Assembly: GCA_965209055.1 (NCBI GenBank)
Contig: OZ242374.1
Span: 3,008,001 to 3,072,000, forward strand
DNA length: 64,000 nt
Source: Acidobacteriota bacterium
Lineage (GTDB): Bacteria; Acidobacteriota; UBA6911; RPQK01; JAJDTT01
Direction of reading: 5' to 3'
Under the pieces are notes generated by a model. It searched no databases. It was not told the DNA's origin and saw nothing but the letters and a program-made list of their open reading frames with translations. A program made the translations under genes and the position numbers. Below are positions 1 to 8,824 of this stretch, piece by piece (the first letter of the stretch is position 1; each line of letters begins with the position of its first letter).

Positions 1-2
1 AC

Positions 3-767
3 CTCCATGAGACCGGGAAGTCTCCTGCATATGTTCGAGTCTGCATTTCCGGTCTCCGGTTTCGGGAAAAGGCACTGGGAAGACGAGACCCTAAAGGCAT
101 GGAGACCGGTATGGCCCTGGATATCTCCCGCAGGAAGGGCAGAGGCAGAGGGAAGGGACAGGCACCCCACCTCACTAAAGACCAGATTCAGAAAATTGGC
201 GAGGTAGCGGTGTTGTCCGGGAGTCTCTGGGGCCTGAGAGACCGGGCCGTCATCTCCACCATGTTCGCGGCCGGTCTGAGAGTCTCTGAGGCTTGCGAGT
301 TGGAGGTGAGAGACCTGGAATGCCTCGAAGACGGGAGCGGCCTGCTCACAGTTCGATTCTCGAAGACGGATTCAGAGGGTAAGGGATTCACCATGGGTCT
401 GTCTCCCGGACCGGTCCGGCATCTTTGCGAATGGATAGAACGAGCTAGTCTCAGGGACCGGGATCCCCTATTCCCGGCGATTCATTCCAAGGGTGTGGAC
501 AATTTCCAAACCCGGATTGTCAGATACAAGGCATCAACCAAGACCATGGCCCGGATCGTCTCAACTCGTGCTGAGGCTGCCGGGTTTCCCGGTGTGACAA
601 GTCATTCCATGCGGCGGTCGTTTGCCGCTCATTTGAGTTTACAGGGTCTCCGAACTCATCAAATCCAAGAGGCGGGTAGGTGGACTTCACCTAATATGGT
701 GCTCCAGTACACACAAGGGGCCCGGGCCACTCGGTCCAAAGTCGTGGCGGCCATGGCATGGGAGTAG
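3..767 (+). CDS. Cre-like tyrosine recombinase/integrase, 5'-truncated by window edge
   Basis: The frame of ORF 99..767 is open back to base 3 (LHETGKSPAYVRVCISGLRF...). Catalytic set present: GLRVSE (R), FSKTD (K), SHSMRR (HxxR), GRW (Trp as in Cre), VLQY (Y). Confidence 0.9.
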   Translation, partial: LHETGKSPAYVRVCISGLRFREKALGRRDPKGMETGMALDISRRKGRGRGKGQAPHLTKDQIQKIGEVAVLSGSLWGLRDRAVISTMFAAGLRVSEACELEVRDLECLEDGSGLLTVRFSKTDSEGKGFTMGLSPGPVRHLCEWIERASLRDRDPLFPAIHSKGVDNFQTRIVRYKASTKTMARIVSTRAEAAGFPGVTSHSMRRSFAAHLSLQGLRTHQIQEAGRWTSPNMVLQYTQGARATRSKVVAAMAWE

Positions 768-878
768 GCGGCCCCACCTTCGCGGTTCACTGAGAGTGAT
801 GAGCTGTCCCGGCCTGCTTTGAAGCGGTGAGACGGACGTACAATAAAGGTGCCACTTTAATCACGAAGGGAGGAGACA

Positions 879-1130
879 ATGGAACTGATACCGCAGGAAT
901 CAACGCGTGAGGATGTGCAGGATGCCTACAAAAGAGGTTTCCGGTCCGGTAACGAGTTAGGTCACCGAAAAGGGAAAACAGAAGGCTATCAGAGGGGCTT
1001 GAAGACAAAGGAACTACGGGAAGCCTTTGATAAGGGCCATGAGCTCGGAGAGGCGGAAGGCCACGCCATGGGTTTTACCAAGGGCTGGAACGCAAGAGGG
1101 AGAGAAAGAAATGAAGTTGATGCCGAATGA
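879..1130 (+). CDS. Hypothetical protein with GxxxG repeats
   Basis: Strong RBS GGAGG upstream of ATG 879; GFRSG-NELG-HRKG-KTEG periodicity. Confidence 0.6.
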   Translation: MELIPQESTREDVQDAYKRGFRSGNELGHRKGKTEGYQRGLKTKELREAFDKGHELGEAEGHAMGFTKGWNARGRERNEVDAE

Positions 1131-1434
1131 CACGGAGCCGAAAATTCTTTTCTTTTATCTGAGCCTTGCCGCGAATGTGGAGCGTGCGGAGAAGAATCCC
1201 GGTATGCTCCCGGAAGTCAGTGAGCAGTGGAGAAGGGGAGTGGACGCTCTGCCACGGATGCACGAAGACGCCCCCGATTTGTGGCGATTACTCCAACAGG
1301 GTAAGGATACTCCCGAAGTTCGGGAGAGAATGAGGGCTGTTAGTCGGCGCCAACCGTCCGAACGGACAGATGCGGAGCAGGCATTTTTCCTATGGGTGAC
1401 AATCGCCCTTATGGTGCCTGTCACGGTCCATTAG
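1111..1434 (+). CDS. Hypothetical protein
   Basis: ATG 1111 (or 1120) in ORF 1027..1434, overlapping the end of the previous gene and stopping just before the convergent portal stop. Confidence 0.5.
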   Translation: MKLMPNDTEPKILFFYLSLAANVERAEKNPGMLPEVSEQWRRGVDALPRMHEDAPDLWRLLQQGKDTPEVRERMRAVSRRQPSERTDAEQAFFLWVTIALMVPVTVH

Positions 1435-1594
1435 TGGCCTACACCCCGGCCAGACGTTCTGCATCCGCCGCAGACCATCCCTTGTCCCGCAAACGGGCGG
1501 CCATGGCCAGCCGTTGATTGAGCGGGACCAACCTTGCCAACACTGGCGAGGTGTCCAACATCACCGGACGTTCCAGCACCCTAGCGGTCTCGTC

Positions 1595-1722
1595 TTGGAG
1601 GGTGCGGACCCAACCGCCGCATGTCGTCGCTACCCAACTCCGCAAGGCGTCCGGCCTTGTCGTCGTGGAGTTTGGACCAAGACCCACTAAGGCACGGGGA
1701 ATCCCTAGAGACTCGCTCAGGT
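1595..1722 (+). repeat. 128-bp target-site duplication, left copy
   Basis: TTGGAGGGTGCGG...CTCGCTCAGGT, identical to 3628-3755 and abutting the IS end. Confidence 0.95.
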
Positions 1723-3627
1723 CCTGACTTCGACGGTTTTGAACCGTAAGTTATTGATTTAATTATGCAAGTGTTCTCAGAGTACACTACAGAGCTAGGA
1801 AATGGAGAGCGGGGCGGGGTTCAACTCTGGGGACGATTTGGCGACAACAGCAGGGTCGTGGTCCGGCGGAGGGTGAGGCCGACCGTCTTGTAGAGCAAGC
1901 GCTGCTCCCGGGTGGAGCCGAAGGGGACCAGGTAGCGGTTGCCGTTGCCCTGATCGCGGATCAGCGAGACGGTCACGTTGCCGAGTTCCGCCAGGATTCG
2001 GTCCTCGCTCAGCGACGGCTGGCCGGCATGCTGCCGGGCGTACTTCCAGCGCAGGATGCGCAACAGCGCGAAAGCGACGTAACAGAGGGCGACGTGGGCG
2101 CGAACCCGGCGCTCAGTCCAGTGAAAGACCGGGCGTACCCGGAGCGTGTGTTTGAGCACCCGGAAGCCCTGCTCGATCCTCCACAACTCGGCATAATGCG
2201 CCCGGATCTGTGAGGCGGGGGGTTCGCCCAGGCTGGTCCAGACCCCGTGCAGTCCATCAAAGAGAGCATCGCGTTCGATCGCCTGGCGGTTGAGCGTGAC
2301 CGCATGGCGTTTCAGCTTCAGGAACCGTCCCGGGCGCCGCCCGAGCGGTTCTCCCTTCGCGATCTTCTCTTCGGCCTTCTTCACCGCCTGCTCTCGGGCT
2401 CGGGCGTCCCGGCGCGCCTTGCTCGGACAGTACCGCACCACCAGCCGGCGACCGTTGACTTGCCGTTCGGTCAGACGCCTCAGACGTCCCTTCCGGTCCA
2501 GCGGCTGTGGAGTCCACTCCTGCGGAGAGCCCAGGGCAGCGAAGTCGGCCCGCTTGAGCTGCCGGAGCCGTGCCGCGACCACCCAGTCCAACCCCGCCTT
2601 TGTCAGCGCCCGCAGGTTCTTGTCGCTCAGCAACCCGGCGTCGGCCACCACCACCGCCCGTCCAACTTCGAACTGCTCTCGCAACTCCTGAAGCATCGGC
2701 AACAGCGTCTTGACCTCCGTCGTGTTCCCCGGGAACAAGCGATACCCGACCGGCAACCCTTCCGTCGTCTGCATCAACGCCAGCACCACTTGCGAGCGAT
2801 ACGGTTTCCCGTCCTTGCTGTATCCCTTGCGTCGCAAATCGTCTTCCACTTCGGTCGCGAAGGAGAGCGTCGTCGTGTCCAGGAACACGACTTGCACCGG
2901 CCCTCCCAACAAGCCCCGGACGGTTCCGTCCAAATGCTTCAGCAATCGGCTCTGCCGCTGACGATTCAGGCGATCCATCATCCGGTAGACCCGCTCCAGG
3001 GGGAGGTTCACCCCCTGCTCGGACAACTCCGCCGCCAGGTGGCGCTTGCTTTTGCCGGGCGCAGCCAGGCGCGCCAGCATCAACTGCCGGAACACCCGCT
3101 CGGACCCCCGTTGATTCCGGGGCCAGAGGCGAGCCAGACCGAGATCGTCGTAGAGTTGGCCGAAGACCTCGTGAAAGCCCAGCTTCAGATCCTTTTCTCC
3201 CTGGAGCTTCCGGGCGTCGGCAATCGGGATCGGCCCCAAAGCCTTCCGCTCCCGCCGCGCGGCCACCGCCTGCTCGGCCAGATACGCCGGCGGGAACAGC
3301 GCGGGCTGCCGTTGCTCCAGCAGGCGCACCTTCTCGTACTCGGCGACCCGGAGGAGTTCCTCAAGTGCGGGCCCCTCGGGAGCGGAACCCATGGAGCGGA
3401 TCAGGCGCTGGCGGGGTTGACGGTGTTCGTTGCGGTAAGACTCGACAATTTGGACGACGACATTGGGCGTGTGTCGGCGGCGAATCTGTCGCACAAACAT
3501 GGGGAAAGTCTAACAGAACAATAAGATAATATCAATATTCCAGGTACACTACAGACGGGCCCAAAACTCAACCTCAATGGGCTCAAACGTTTCCGAGCCT
3601 CAGCGCCGATAATTTGTCGAAGTCAGG
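1723..3627 (-). mobile_element. IS1634-family insertion sequence, 1905 bp
   Basis: 12-bp terminal inverted repeats CCTGACTTCGAC (1723) / GTCGAAGTCAGG (ends 3627), single transposase, flanked by the 128-bp direct repeat. Confidence 0.92.
1821..3500 (-). CDS. IS1634-family DDE transposase
   Basis: Motifs QIVESYR, FLDTTTLSF, GYSKDGK, VVADAG, LWRIEQGFRVLK, RPVFHWTERRVRAHVALC. Confidence 0.95.
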   Translation of the reverse strand: MFVRQIRRRHTPNVVVQIVESYRNEHRQPRQRLIRSMGSAPEGPALEELLRVAEYEKVRLLEQRQPALFPPAYLAEQAVAARRERKALGPIPIADARKLQGEKDLKLGFHEVFGQLYDDLGLARLWPRNQRGSERVFRQLMLARLAAPGKSKRHLAAELSEQGVNLPLERVYRMMDRLNRQRQSRLLKHLDGTVRGLLGGPVQVVFLDTTTLSFATEVEDDLRRKGYSKDGKPYRSQVVLALMQTTEGLPVGYRLFPGNTTEVKTLLPMLQELREQFEVGRAVVVADAGLLSDKNLRALTKAGLDWVVAARLRQLKRADFAALGSPQEWTPQPLDRKGRLRRLTERQVNGRRLVVRYCPSKARRDARAREQAVKKAEEKIAKGEPLGRRPGRFLKLKRHAVTLNRQAIERDALFDGLHGVWTSLGEPPASQIRAHYAELWRIEQGFRVLKHTLRVRPVFHWTERRVRAHVALCYVAFALLRILRWKYARQHAGQPSLSEDRILAELGNVTVSLIRDQGNGNRYLVPFGSTREQRLLYKTVGLTLRRTTTLLLSPNRPQS

Positions 3628-3755
3628 TTGGAGGGTGCGGACCCAACCGCCGCATGTCGTCGCTACCCAACTCCGCAAGGCGTCCGGCCTTGTCGTCGTG
3701 GAGTTTGGACCAAGACCCACTAAGGCACGGGGAATCCCTAGAGACTCGCTCAGGT
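3628..3755 (+). repeat. 128-bp target-site duplication, right copy
   Basis: Identical to 1595-1722. Confidence 0.95.
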
Positions 3756-4490
3756 CTCCCGACAGGGCCGCGTGAGACTTCATGAGTTGGTCCAGGTCAT
3801 TGGGTGCGAGTCTCACGGGCAGAGGGTAAGGCCCTGAACCGTCCATTGCCGAACGTCCGGCCAGAGGGAGGAATGAGATACCTCCGGCCAGTTCCCGGAG
3901 TTTCTGAGCCTTTTCTCTCAGGCCCTCTGGATTGTCATTCCAGGTTGCATGAATCGCAGTTCCACGGGGGGAGCCCGCGTCTAGTTCAATGGCCAAATCG
4001 ACCACGGCCAGTTGACGGGAGGCAATGCCGCAGTCTCTCCAATTCTCCCCCCGCCACGGTAGGGTCCGGGAGGGACGAATCACGGCATGGACGACTTGCT
4101 CAGGCCGGACGTTACGGTGAACCTCCGAGCGGTCAGGCCCTTCCACCGTGAGGGTCTTGTAGCGGAGCATTGAGGCGGTCCCGGTCAGTTCGTAGTCCAC
4201 CACGGGCCGCAGGGTCAGGCTATCGTCCAGGAATAGGACGGCCTCCCCTTCCTCAATGATGCAATTCGCTATCCAGGGCCAGAGCCCGGAAAAGACGGGG
4301 TCATAGTCAGAGGCCGCTAGAACGCCCTCCAAGCGTCTGGCACAAGCCATAAGGACGGCGGGCCTATACCCCCATGAAAAGACCGCGGAATGGACGGGGA
4401 GACCTGCCAGGGCCGCTATGAGAGGGTCTCCATAACCTGCCAGGCTGCGGTGTTCCTCTGCCCGTGGAGGCGGTTCCAGGTTCAGACTGA

Positions 4491-4991
4491 TTAGAGCCAC
4501 GAGGGAACCTCCCGGACTCTCTCAGTCGGTCTATGCCGTTTCGCAACCTGGACCGAGGAATCCGAATAGGCCGGACGGTCCACAATGCCGAGACCGGAGA
4601 GTCTCGCCCGTTGGATGGTCCGCAGAGTGCCGGACCACGTTTCCCGCGTAGCCTGGAACTCAAGCGAGAGACCCCGCAAGACGCCGGACTCTACAAGGGC
4701 CAGCGTATCGTCTGCGTCCCTTGTCTGCGGGAGTTCGGCGCGAATCTCCAACTGAGTGGCACTGTCCCTCAGTTCGAGGCCGCCCCCGCCGGATCTGGCG
4801 AGAGGCCGGGACCGTTGGTGCTGGACGTTCAGGATAACGTCCAGGGAGGAAACATCACCAAACGCCCCAGGCTGGAACCGCTCCCGGAAGTCAGGGAAGA
4901 TTCGGGCCTCCGAACCGTAGACAATGGCGACGCCGGAAAGGGTCCGCCCTTCCCGGCGCAGCTCCACAAATCGCCGTTCCAGGGTCTTCAC
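4491..4991 (-). CDS. HK97-family phage prohead protease
   Basis: LSGVAIVYG, ERFQPGAF, NVQH, GLSLEF, IVDRPAYSDS motifs typical of the HK97 prohead protease. Confidence 0.92.
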   Translation of the reverse strand: MKTLERRFVELRREGRTLSGVAIVYGSEARIFPDFRERFQPGAFGDVSSLDVILNVQHQRSRPLARSGGGGLELRDSATQLEIRAELPQTRDADDTLALVESGVLRGLSLEFQATRETWSGTLRTIQRARLSGLGIVDRPAYSDSSVQVAKRHRPTERVREVPSWL

Positions 4992-5000
4992 GGTGGACCC

Positions 5001-6206
5001 TTAGCTGGCCAGCTTGAACCGGAGGCGGCCAAATCCGTCGGCCCGTAGAACCTTGAGGTTCCAAAGGGCGACGGCGGTCAGCACGACTTGGCCGGTCTTG
5101 GCCTTTGTGATGCGGTCTGGAATGAGGGTGACTCCCCGCCATACCGGAAAGACCGCGTGAGTGGCATTGATCCGACGGGCCGCTACTGCGCCCTGGATAT
5201 GGGCCGCCGTCTTCTCCGGGACGTGAGAAGACACCCTCACGCCTCCACTCTTGCGGGTGAGGGTCTCATAGGCACTTTCGTTTGTGCCTCCGGCGGATTC
5301 CGTGGTCCGGTACACGGACTCAGTGTGAGAGTAGGTCTGACTTCCGAGCACCATCCGGACCTGATCGGTCATGGAGGCAAAGTGGCCGTCCACTTGATCG
5401 GTCAGGGACTTCTTATAGGCCGTCCAGTCCGCTACGGCGGTGGGAGCGGTGGGAGCGGTCAGACCTCCCCCTAGCAGACCCTCTGCGGTGTCGGTCAATA
5501 GCAGTTCATCAAACTTGCTACTGAGGGCCATTCTGAGGTTATCCCTCAATGCGTTTTCCAGTCCGGCAAGGCCATACTCGTCTTCCAGGTTCCAGTAGAA
5601 AGACGCTTGCGCCCGTTTCCGGTCCAACACACTGGCCGTAAATGCGCCCGTGGTCTCCGTGGCCGCCGCACCCTTGGCCGGAGTTCGAACCGTGGCACCG
5701 GTGGTCAGGACCGTATAGGTCTGGTCTCCCACTCCCACCGTCGGCATGGAGACTCCCAAAAAGTCTATGAGGCCGTCGGGGAAGATTTGCGGAATAATCG
5801 GGTGCTGCATCTGACCGACGTCGGAAGGTGCGGGAGTCACTGCCCGTTCCTCACCTCTCAACTGCTCAATGGCGATTTGATTTGAGGCGAGACCGAAATG
5901 GGTCTGCAACTCGGCCTCCGCTCCCTCCGTCGCCCGTTGATTGAGGGCCGCCCCTAGCACGTTACCCACAGAGGCGCGACTGACAAGGCGGTCTAGCTCC
6001 CTCTGCTCGGCATCAATCACGGTGACTTGAGGTGCTGGATTCTCTCGAACCGCGTCCCGGTATTCGGTCTCAATCTGAGGCAGTCTTTCCCGGAGTTCGG
6101 TGAGTTCGGTATTCTCGGCCTCCGTCCGGTCTCCCTTGCGTTCCAACTCGTTCATACGAGTACGCTTTTCAGAGAGTCTCACTTGCAGACGTTGAAGTTT
6201 AGTCAC
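5001..6206 (-). CDS. HK97-fold major capsid protein with N-terminal coiled-coil delta domain
   Basis: GTG 6206 with AGGGGGA RBS; ~100-aa coiled-coil N-terminus; LENALRDNLRMALSSKFDELLL backbone helix; C-terminal GQVVLTAVALWNLKVLRADGF. Confidence 0.85.
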   Translation of the reverse strand: MTKLQRLQVRLSEKRTRMNELERKGDRTEAENTELTELRERLPQIETEYRDAVRENPAPQVTVIDAEQRELDRLVSRASVGNVLGAALNQRATEGAEAELQTHFGLASNQIAIEQLRGEERAVTPAPSDVGQMQHPIIPQIFPDGLIDFLGVSMPTVGVGDQTYTVLTTGATVRTPAKGAAATETTGAFTASVLDRKRAQASFYWNLEDEYGLAGLENALRDNLRMALSSKFDELLLTDTAEGLLGGGLTAPTAPTAVADWTAYKKSLTDQVDGHFASMTDQVRMVLGSQTYSHTESVYRTTESAGGTNESAYETLTRKSGGVRVSSHVPEKTAAHIQGAVAARRINATHAVFPVWRGVTLIPDRITKAKTGQVVLTAVALWNLKVLRADGFGRLRFKLAS

Positions 6207-6207
6207 T

Positions 6208-6528
6208 TTAGTTTCCCCCTGTATACAGGTTTTCAAGATATGCGGCCCACTGCCGCCGAACCGGCGGGACTTTATTCATGCGTTCCCGCCGGTGGACTTC
6301 CAAATGACAATCGACACAGAGCAAAAGCACGTTATCCAGGCTATGCCGTCCACCCTCACTCAACGGCCTTACATGGTGGAGTTCACAACGGCGGGAACCT
6401 AGACGTGAGGTGCGGCCGGCGGTGATTCTGTGGCCGCACTTCTCGCACTTGAACCGTGCGCGATTGACCAAGACCCACCGGCGCAAGCGGTGCTGATCTG
6501 GCCCTACTTGTCTGTGCCATTCGCTCAT
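6208..6528 (-). CDS. HNH endonuclease (packaging-associated type)
   Basis: CEKCG...ELHHVRPLSEGG...NVLLLCVDCH. Confidence 0.92.
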   Translation of the reverse strand: MSEWHRQVGPDQHRLRRWVLVNRARFKCEKCGHRITAGRTSRLGSRRCELHHVRPLSEGGRHSLDNVLLLCVDCHLEVHRRERMNKVPPVRRQWAAYLENLYTGGN

Positions 6529-6537
6529 TCTGAGTCC

Positions 6538-6569
6538 ATAATATTGGATAAGGTGTTGCAATTGCAACA
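6538..6569 (-). promoter_or_regulatory. Putative head-operon promoter overlapped by a perfect 16-bp palindrome
   Basis: TGTTGCAATTGCAACA at 6554-6569; minus-strand TTGCAA-N18-TATTAT ending ~10 nt before the HNH ATG. Confidence 0.5.
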
Positions 6570-6582
6570 ATCACAACCGAAA

Positions 6583-6924
6583 ATGTTGGATATGCAGCAG
6601 TCGATAGGCCATCAAGTCCATTACGACGCGCCCGTAATGAGGCGCGCCAGTTCCTCCCAATGCTCATACCGAACGCTATGGCGCAAGGTGCTATGGTCCG
6701 CAGTCAGGGACTATCACGGGCTGGAAATGACTAGCCTTGTCAAAAACCTCCACGCCTCCCCGGTCCAGATCCAGGCAGACGCTAGGGCATGGGTCCACTC
6801 TGAGGAGACCGGACCCGCCACGTTCGAATGGGTAGCGGAGTTGCTCGGATTCTCCCCGGACGCTCTGCGCCAAGCTATTGACCGAATGGATAAAAGATCC
6901 ATAAACAGAAGGTTTAGGCCGTGA
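6583..6924 (+). CDS. Prophage-type hypothetical protein, possible regulator
   Basis: LWRKVLWSAVRD...DARAW...TFEWVAELLGFSPDALR pattern resembles small prophage proteins with a C-terminal HTH-like segment. Confidence 0.65.
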   Translation: MLDMQQSIGHQVHYDAPVMRRASSSQCSYRTLWRKVLWSAVRDYHGLEMTSLVKNLHASPVQIQADARAWVHSEETGPATFEWVAELLGFSPDALRQAIDRMDKRSINRRFRP

Positions 6925-7053
6925 ACAGGTCACTAAGTATGCACCTATCAGGGATTAACCATGCATTAGTGGGCTGCCCGAGGCCCCTATATGCAAGTTT
7001 CCAAACCGGCTTGCTCCCCAAGTCTTAGTTATAGCAACGTAAACGGCTGATTT

Positions 7054-8544
7054 ATGAACTGGAAGTACGAAACATTAATAACTCTGAGGCCGTTCCAACA
7101 TGAGTTCATAAAATATGCACTTATGCCGGGAATCCATACGGCGGCCTTGTCACTGCCGAAAGGGAACGGCAAGAGCACTCTGGCCGCGTTTCTGGCCTTG
7201 CAGACCCTTCTCCCGGAGTCTCCGCTATTCGTCCGGGGAGCGGAAAATCATATCGTGAGTAGTTCGGTGGGCCAGTCCCGCCGTAGCACGTTCGGAATAC
7301 TCCGGCGGATGTTGGCGCAGGTTCCGAACTGGGGAAGGGACTACCGGGTGACGGATAACGCAACCTCCGCAAGAATCGTCCACCCTCAGAGTCTCACTGA
7401 GGTCTCGGTACTCCCGGCCAACTCAAAAGCGGCGCAGGGCATCGTCCATGCGCGTCTGGTCATTGCAGACGAGCCCGGAGCCTGGAAGGTGGGCGACGGG
7501 GAAGAGATGCACGACACCCTACAGGCCACGGTAGGGAAACCGGGAGTGAACCTCCGTTTGCTCTACATTGGCACCCTTGCTCCGGCGGGCCGGGGTCATT
7601 GGTGGCCGGAGTTGATAGAGGATGGAGGCGACGGCCTCACCCACGTCACCTTTTACGGGGGAACGCCGGAGGAAGTAGCGGAGCGGTGGGATACGTGGCC
7701 TTTGATCCGCCGGAGCAATCCGTTGATGAGTCACTTCCCGGAGTCCCGGCGGGTGCTACTCGCAGAGCGGGACAAGGCCCGGAGGGATTCGAGGTTGCAG
7801 GCCCGATTTTGCAGCTATCGCTTGAACTGCCCTTCTCGGGACCGCTCGGAGATGGTGTTGACCGTGGCGGACTTCGAGAGGGCCTCAAATCGCACTCTGC
7901 CAGTCCGGGACGGTGCTCCCGTCGTCGGTCTCGATTTGGGCCAGGGGAGGGCCTGGTCTTCTGCCGTCGCCCTCTGGCCCTCTGGCCGTTGTGAGGCCGT
8001 GGCCGTCGCTCCCGGCCTCCCGTCAATCGAGGCGCAAGAGCGGAGGGACCGCGTACCGAAAGGCACCTACCGGAGACTGATAGAGGTGGGGTCTCTGACC
8101 GTCGCAGAGGGCCTGAGAGTGCCTCCCGTGGCCTCCATCATGCGGCAGATCCGGGAATGGCAGCCACGGGTGATCCTCTGCGACAGGTTCCGGTATGGGG
8201 AGGTTTTGGACTCAAACCCGCCCTGTCTGGTAGTTCCACGGGTGTCCCGGTGGTCTTCCAGCACGGAAGACATTACCCACCTCCGCAGAATGGCCGCAGA
8301 CGGGCCCTTGTCGATAGCGGTGGGGAGCCGTCACCTACTGGCCGCCTCTCTGAGTGCGGCCAAAGTCATCACCGACGACGCCGGGAACGTGAGACTGAGC
8401 AAGTCAAAGGAAAACACGGCAAGGGACGACGTGGCGGCAAGCCTGATTCTATCGGCGGGGGAATGGGGGAGGCGGTATGCAGGCGAGACTCAAGAACCGG
8501 TTTTTGTATTCGCCCCTTCTAACGGTCCCGTCGCGGTGATGTAA
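7054..8544 (+). CDS. Terminase large subunit
   Basis: LRPFQ adenine-binding motif, Walker A PKGNGKST, Walker B VIADE, nuclease motifs VGLDLG and RDDVAAS. Confidence 0.9.
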   Translation: MNWKYETLITLRPFQHEFIKYALMPGIHTAALSLPKGNGKSTLAAFLALQTLLPESPLFVRGAENHIVSSSVGQSRRSTFGILRRMLAQVPNWGRDYRVTDNATSARIVHPQSLTEVSVLPANSKAAQGIVHARLVIADEPGAWKVGDGEEMHDTLQATVGKPGVNLRLLYIGTLAPAGRGHWWPELIEDGGDGLTHVTFYGGTPEEVAERWDTWPLIRRSNPLMSHFPESRRVLLAERDKARRDSRLQARFCSYRLNCPSRDRSEMVLTVADFERASNRTLPVRDGAPVVGLDLGQGRAWSSAVALWPSGRCEAVAVAPGLPSIEAQERRDRVPKGTYRRLIEVGSLTVAEGLRVPPVASIMRQIREWQPRVILCDRFRYGEVLDSNPPCLVVPRVSRWSSSTEDITHLRRMAADGPLSIAVGSRHLLAASLSAAKVITDDAGNVRLSKSKENTARDDVAASLILSAGEWGRRYAGETQEPVFVFAPSNGPVAVM

Positions 8545-8790
8545 AACCTACCTCCCGGCGGGTCTTTTCGTTTCGCTTGGCCTGTAAAATGGCATGACCC
8601 AAAACGCAGGTTACAGCGAACACTCCGAGGCGGTACAAAAAGTAAGTCAGACCTACCAACGCGGCCAACAAAATCAGTAATTCCACCTCACGGCCTTCCT
8701 TTTGAAGTGAGCGGGAAAATCCACTTTCTCTCAGGTCTCAAAACTCCCCCTCTCAGACTCTCCCATTTTCTACCAAGACGGCCAGAATAG

Positions 8791-8824
8791 GGTGACTATC
8801 TGTGTTGGCTCAGGTAACACCAAA
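8791..8824 (-). other. Candidate ColE2-type replication origin
   Basis: Immediately downstream of the rep stop, minus strand reads ...GAGCCAACACAGATAGTCACC. ColE2-type origins lie right after rep and contain CAGATA. Confidence 0.3.

Larger units (their letters stand above)
1439..4500 (-). pseudogene. Phage portal protein (HK97-like, divergent) interrupted by IS1634; reconstructed length 342 aa
   Basis: ORFs 3583..4500 and 1439..1687 share the peptide GLGPNSTTTRPDALRSWVATTCGGWVRTLQ. Joining 4500-3628 to 1594-1439 gives one 1029-nt frame. The EQVVH...PWRG motif and position after the protease fit a portal. Confidence 0.75.

Noticed and set aside
1439-1687. Independent 82-aa gene or second portal copy
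   Set aside because: Explained as the portal 3' end plus the IS-generated duplication.
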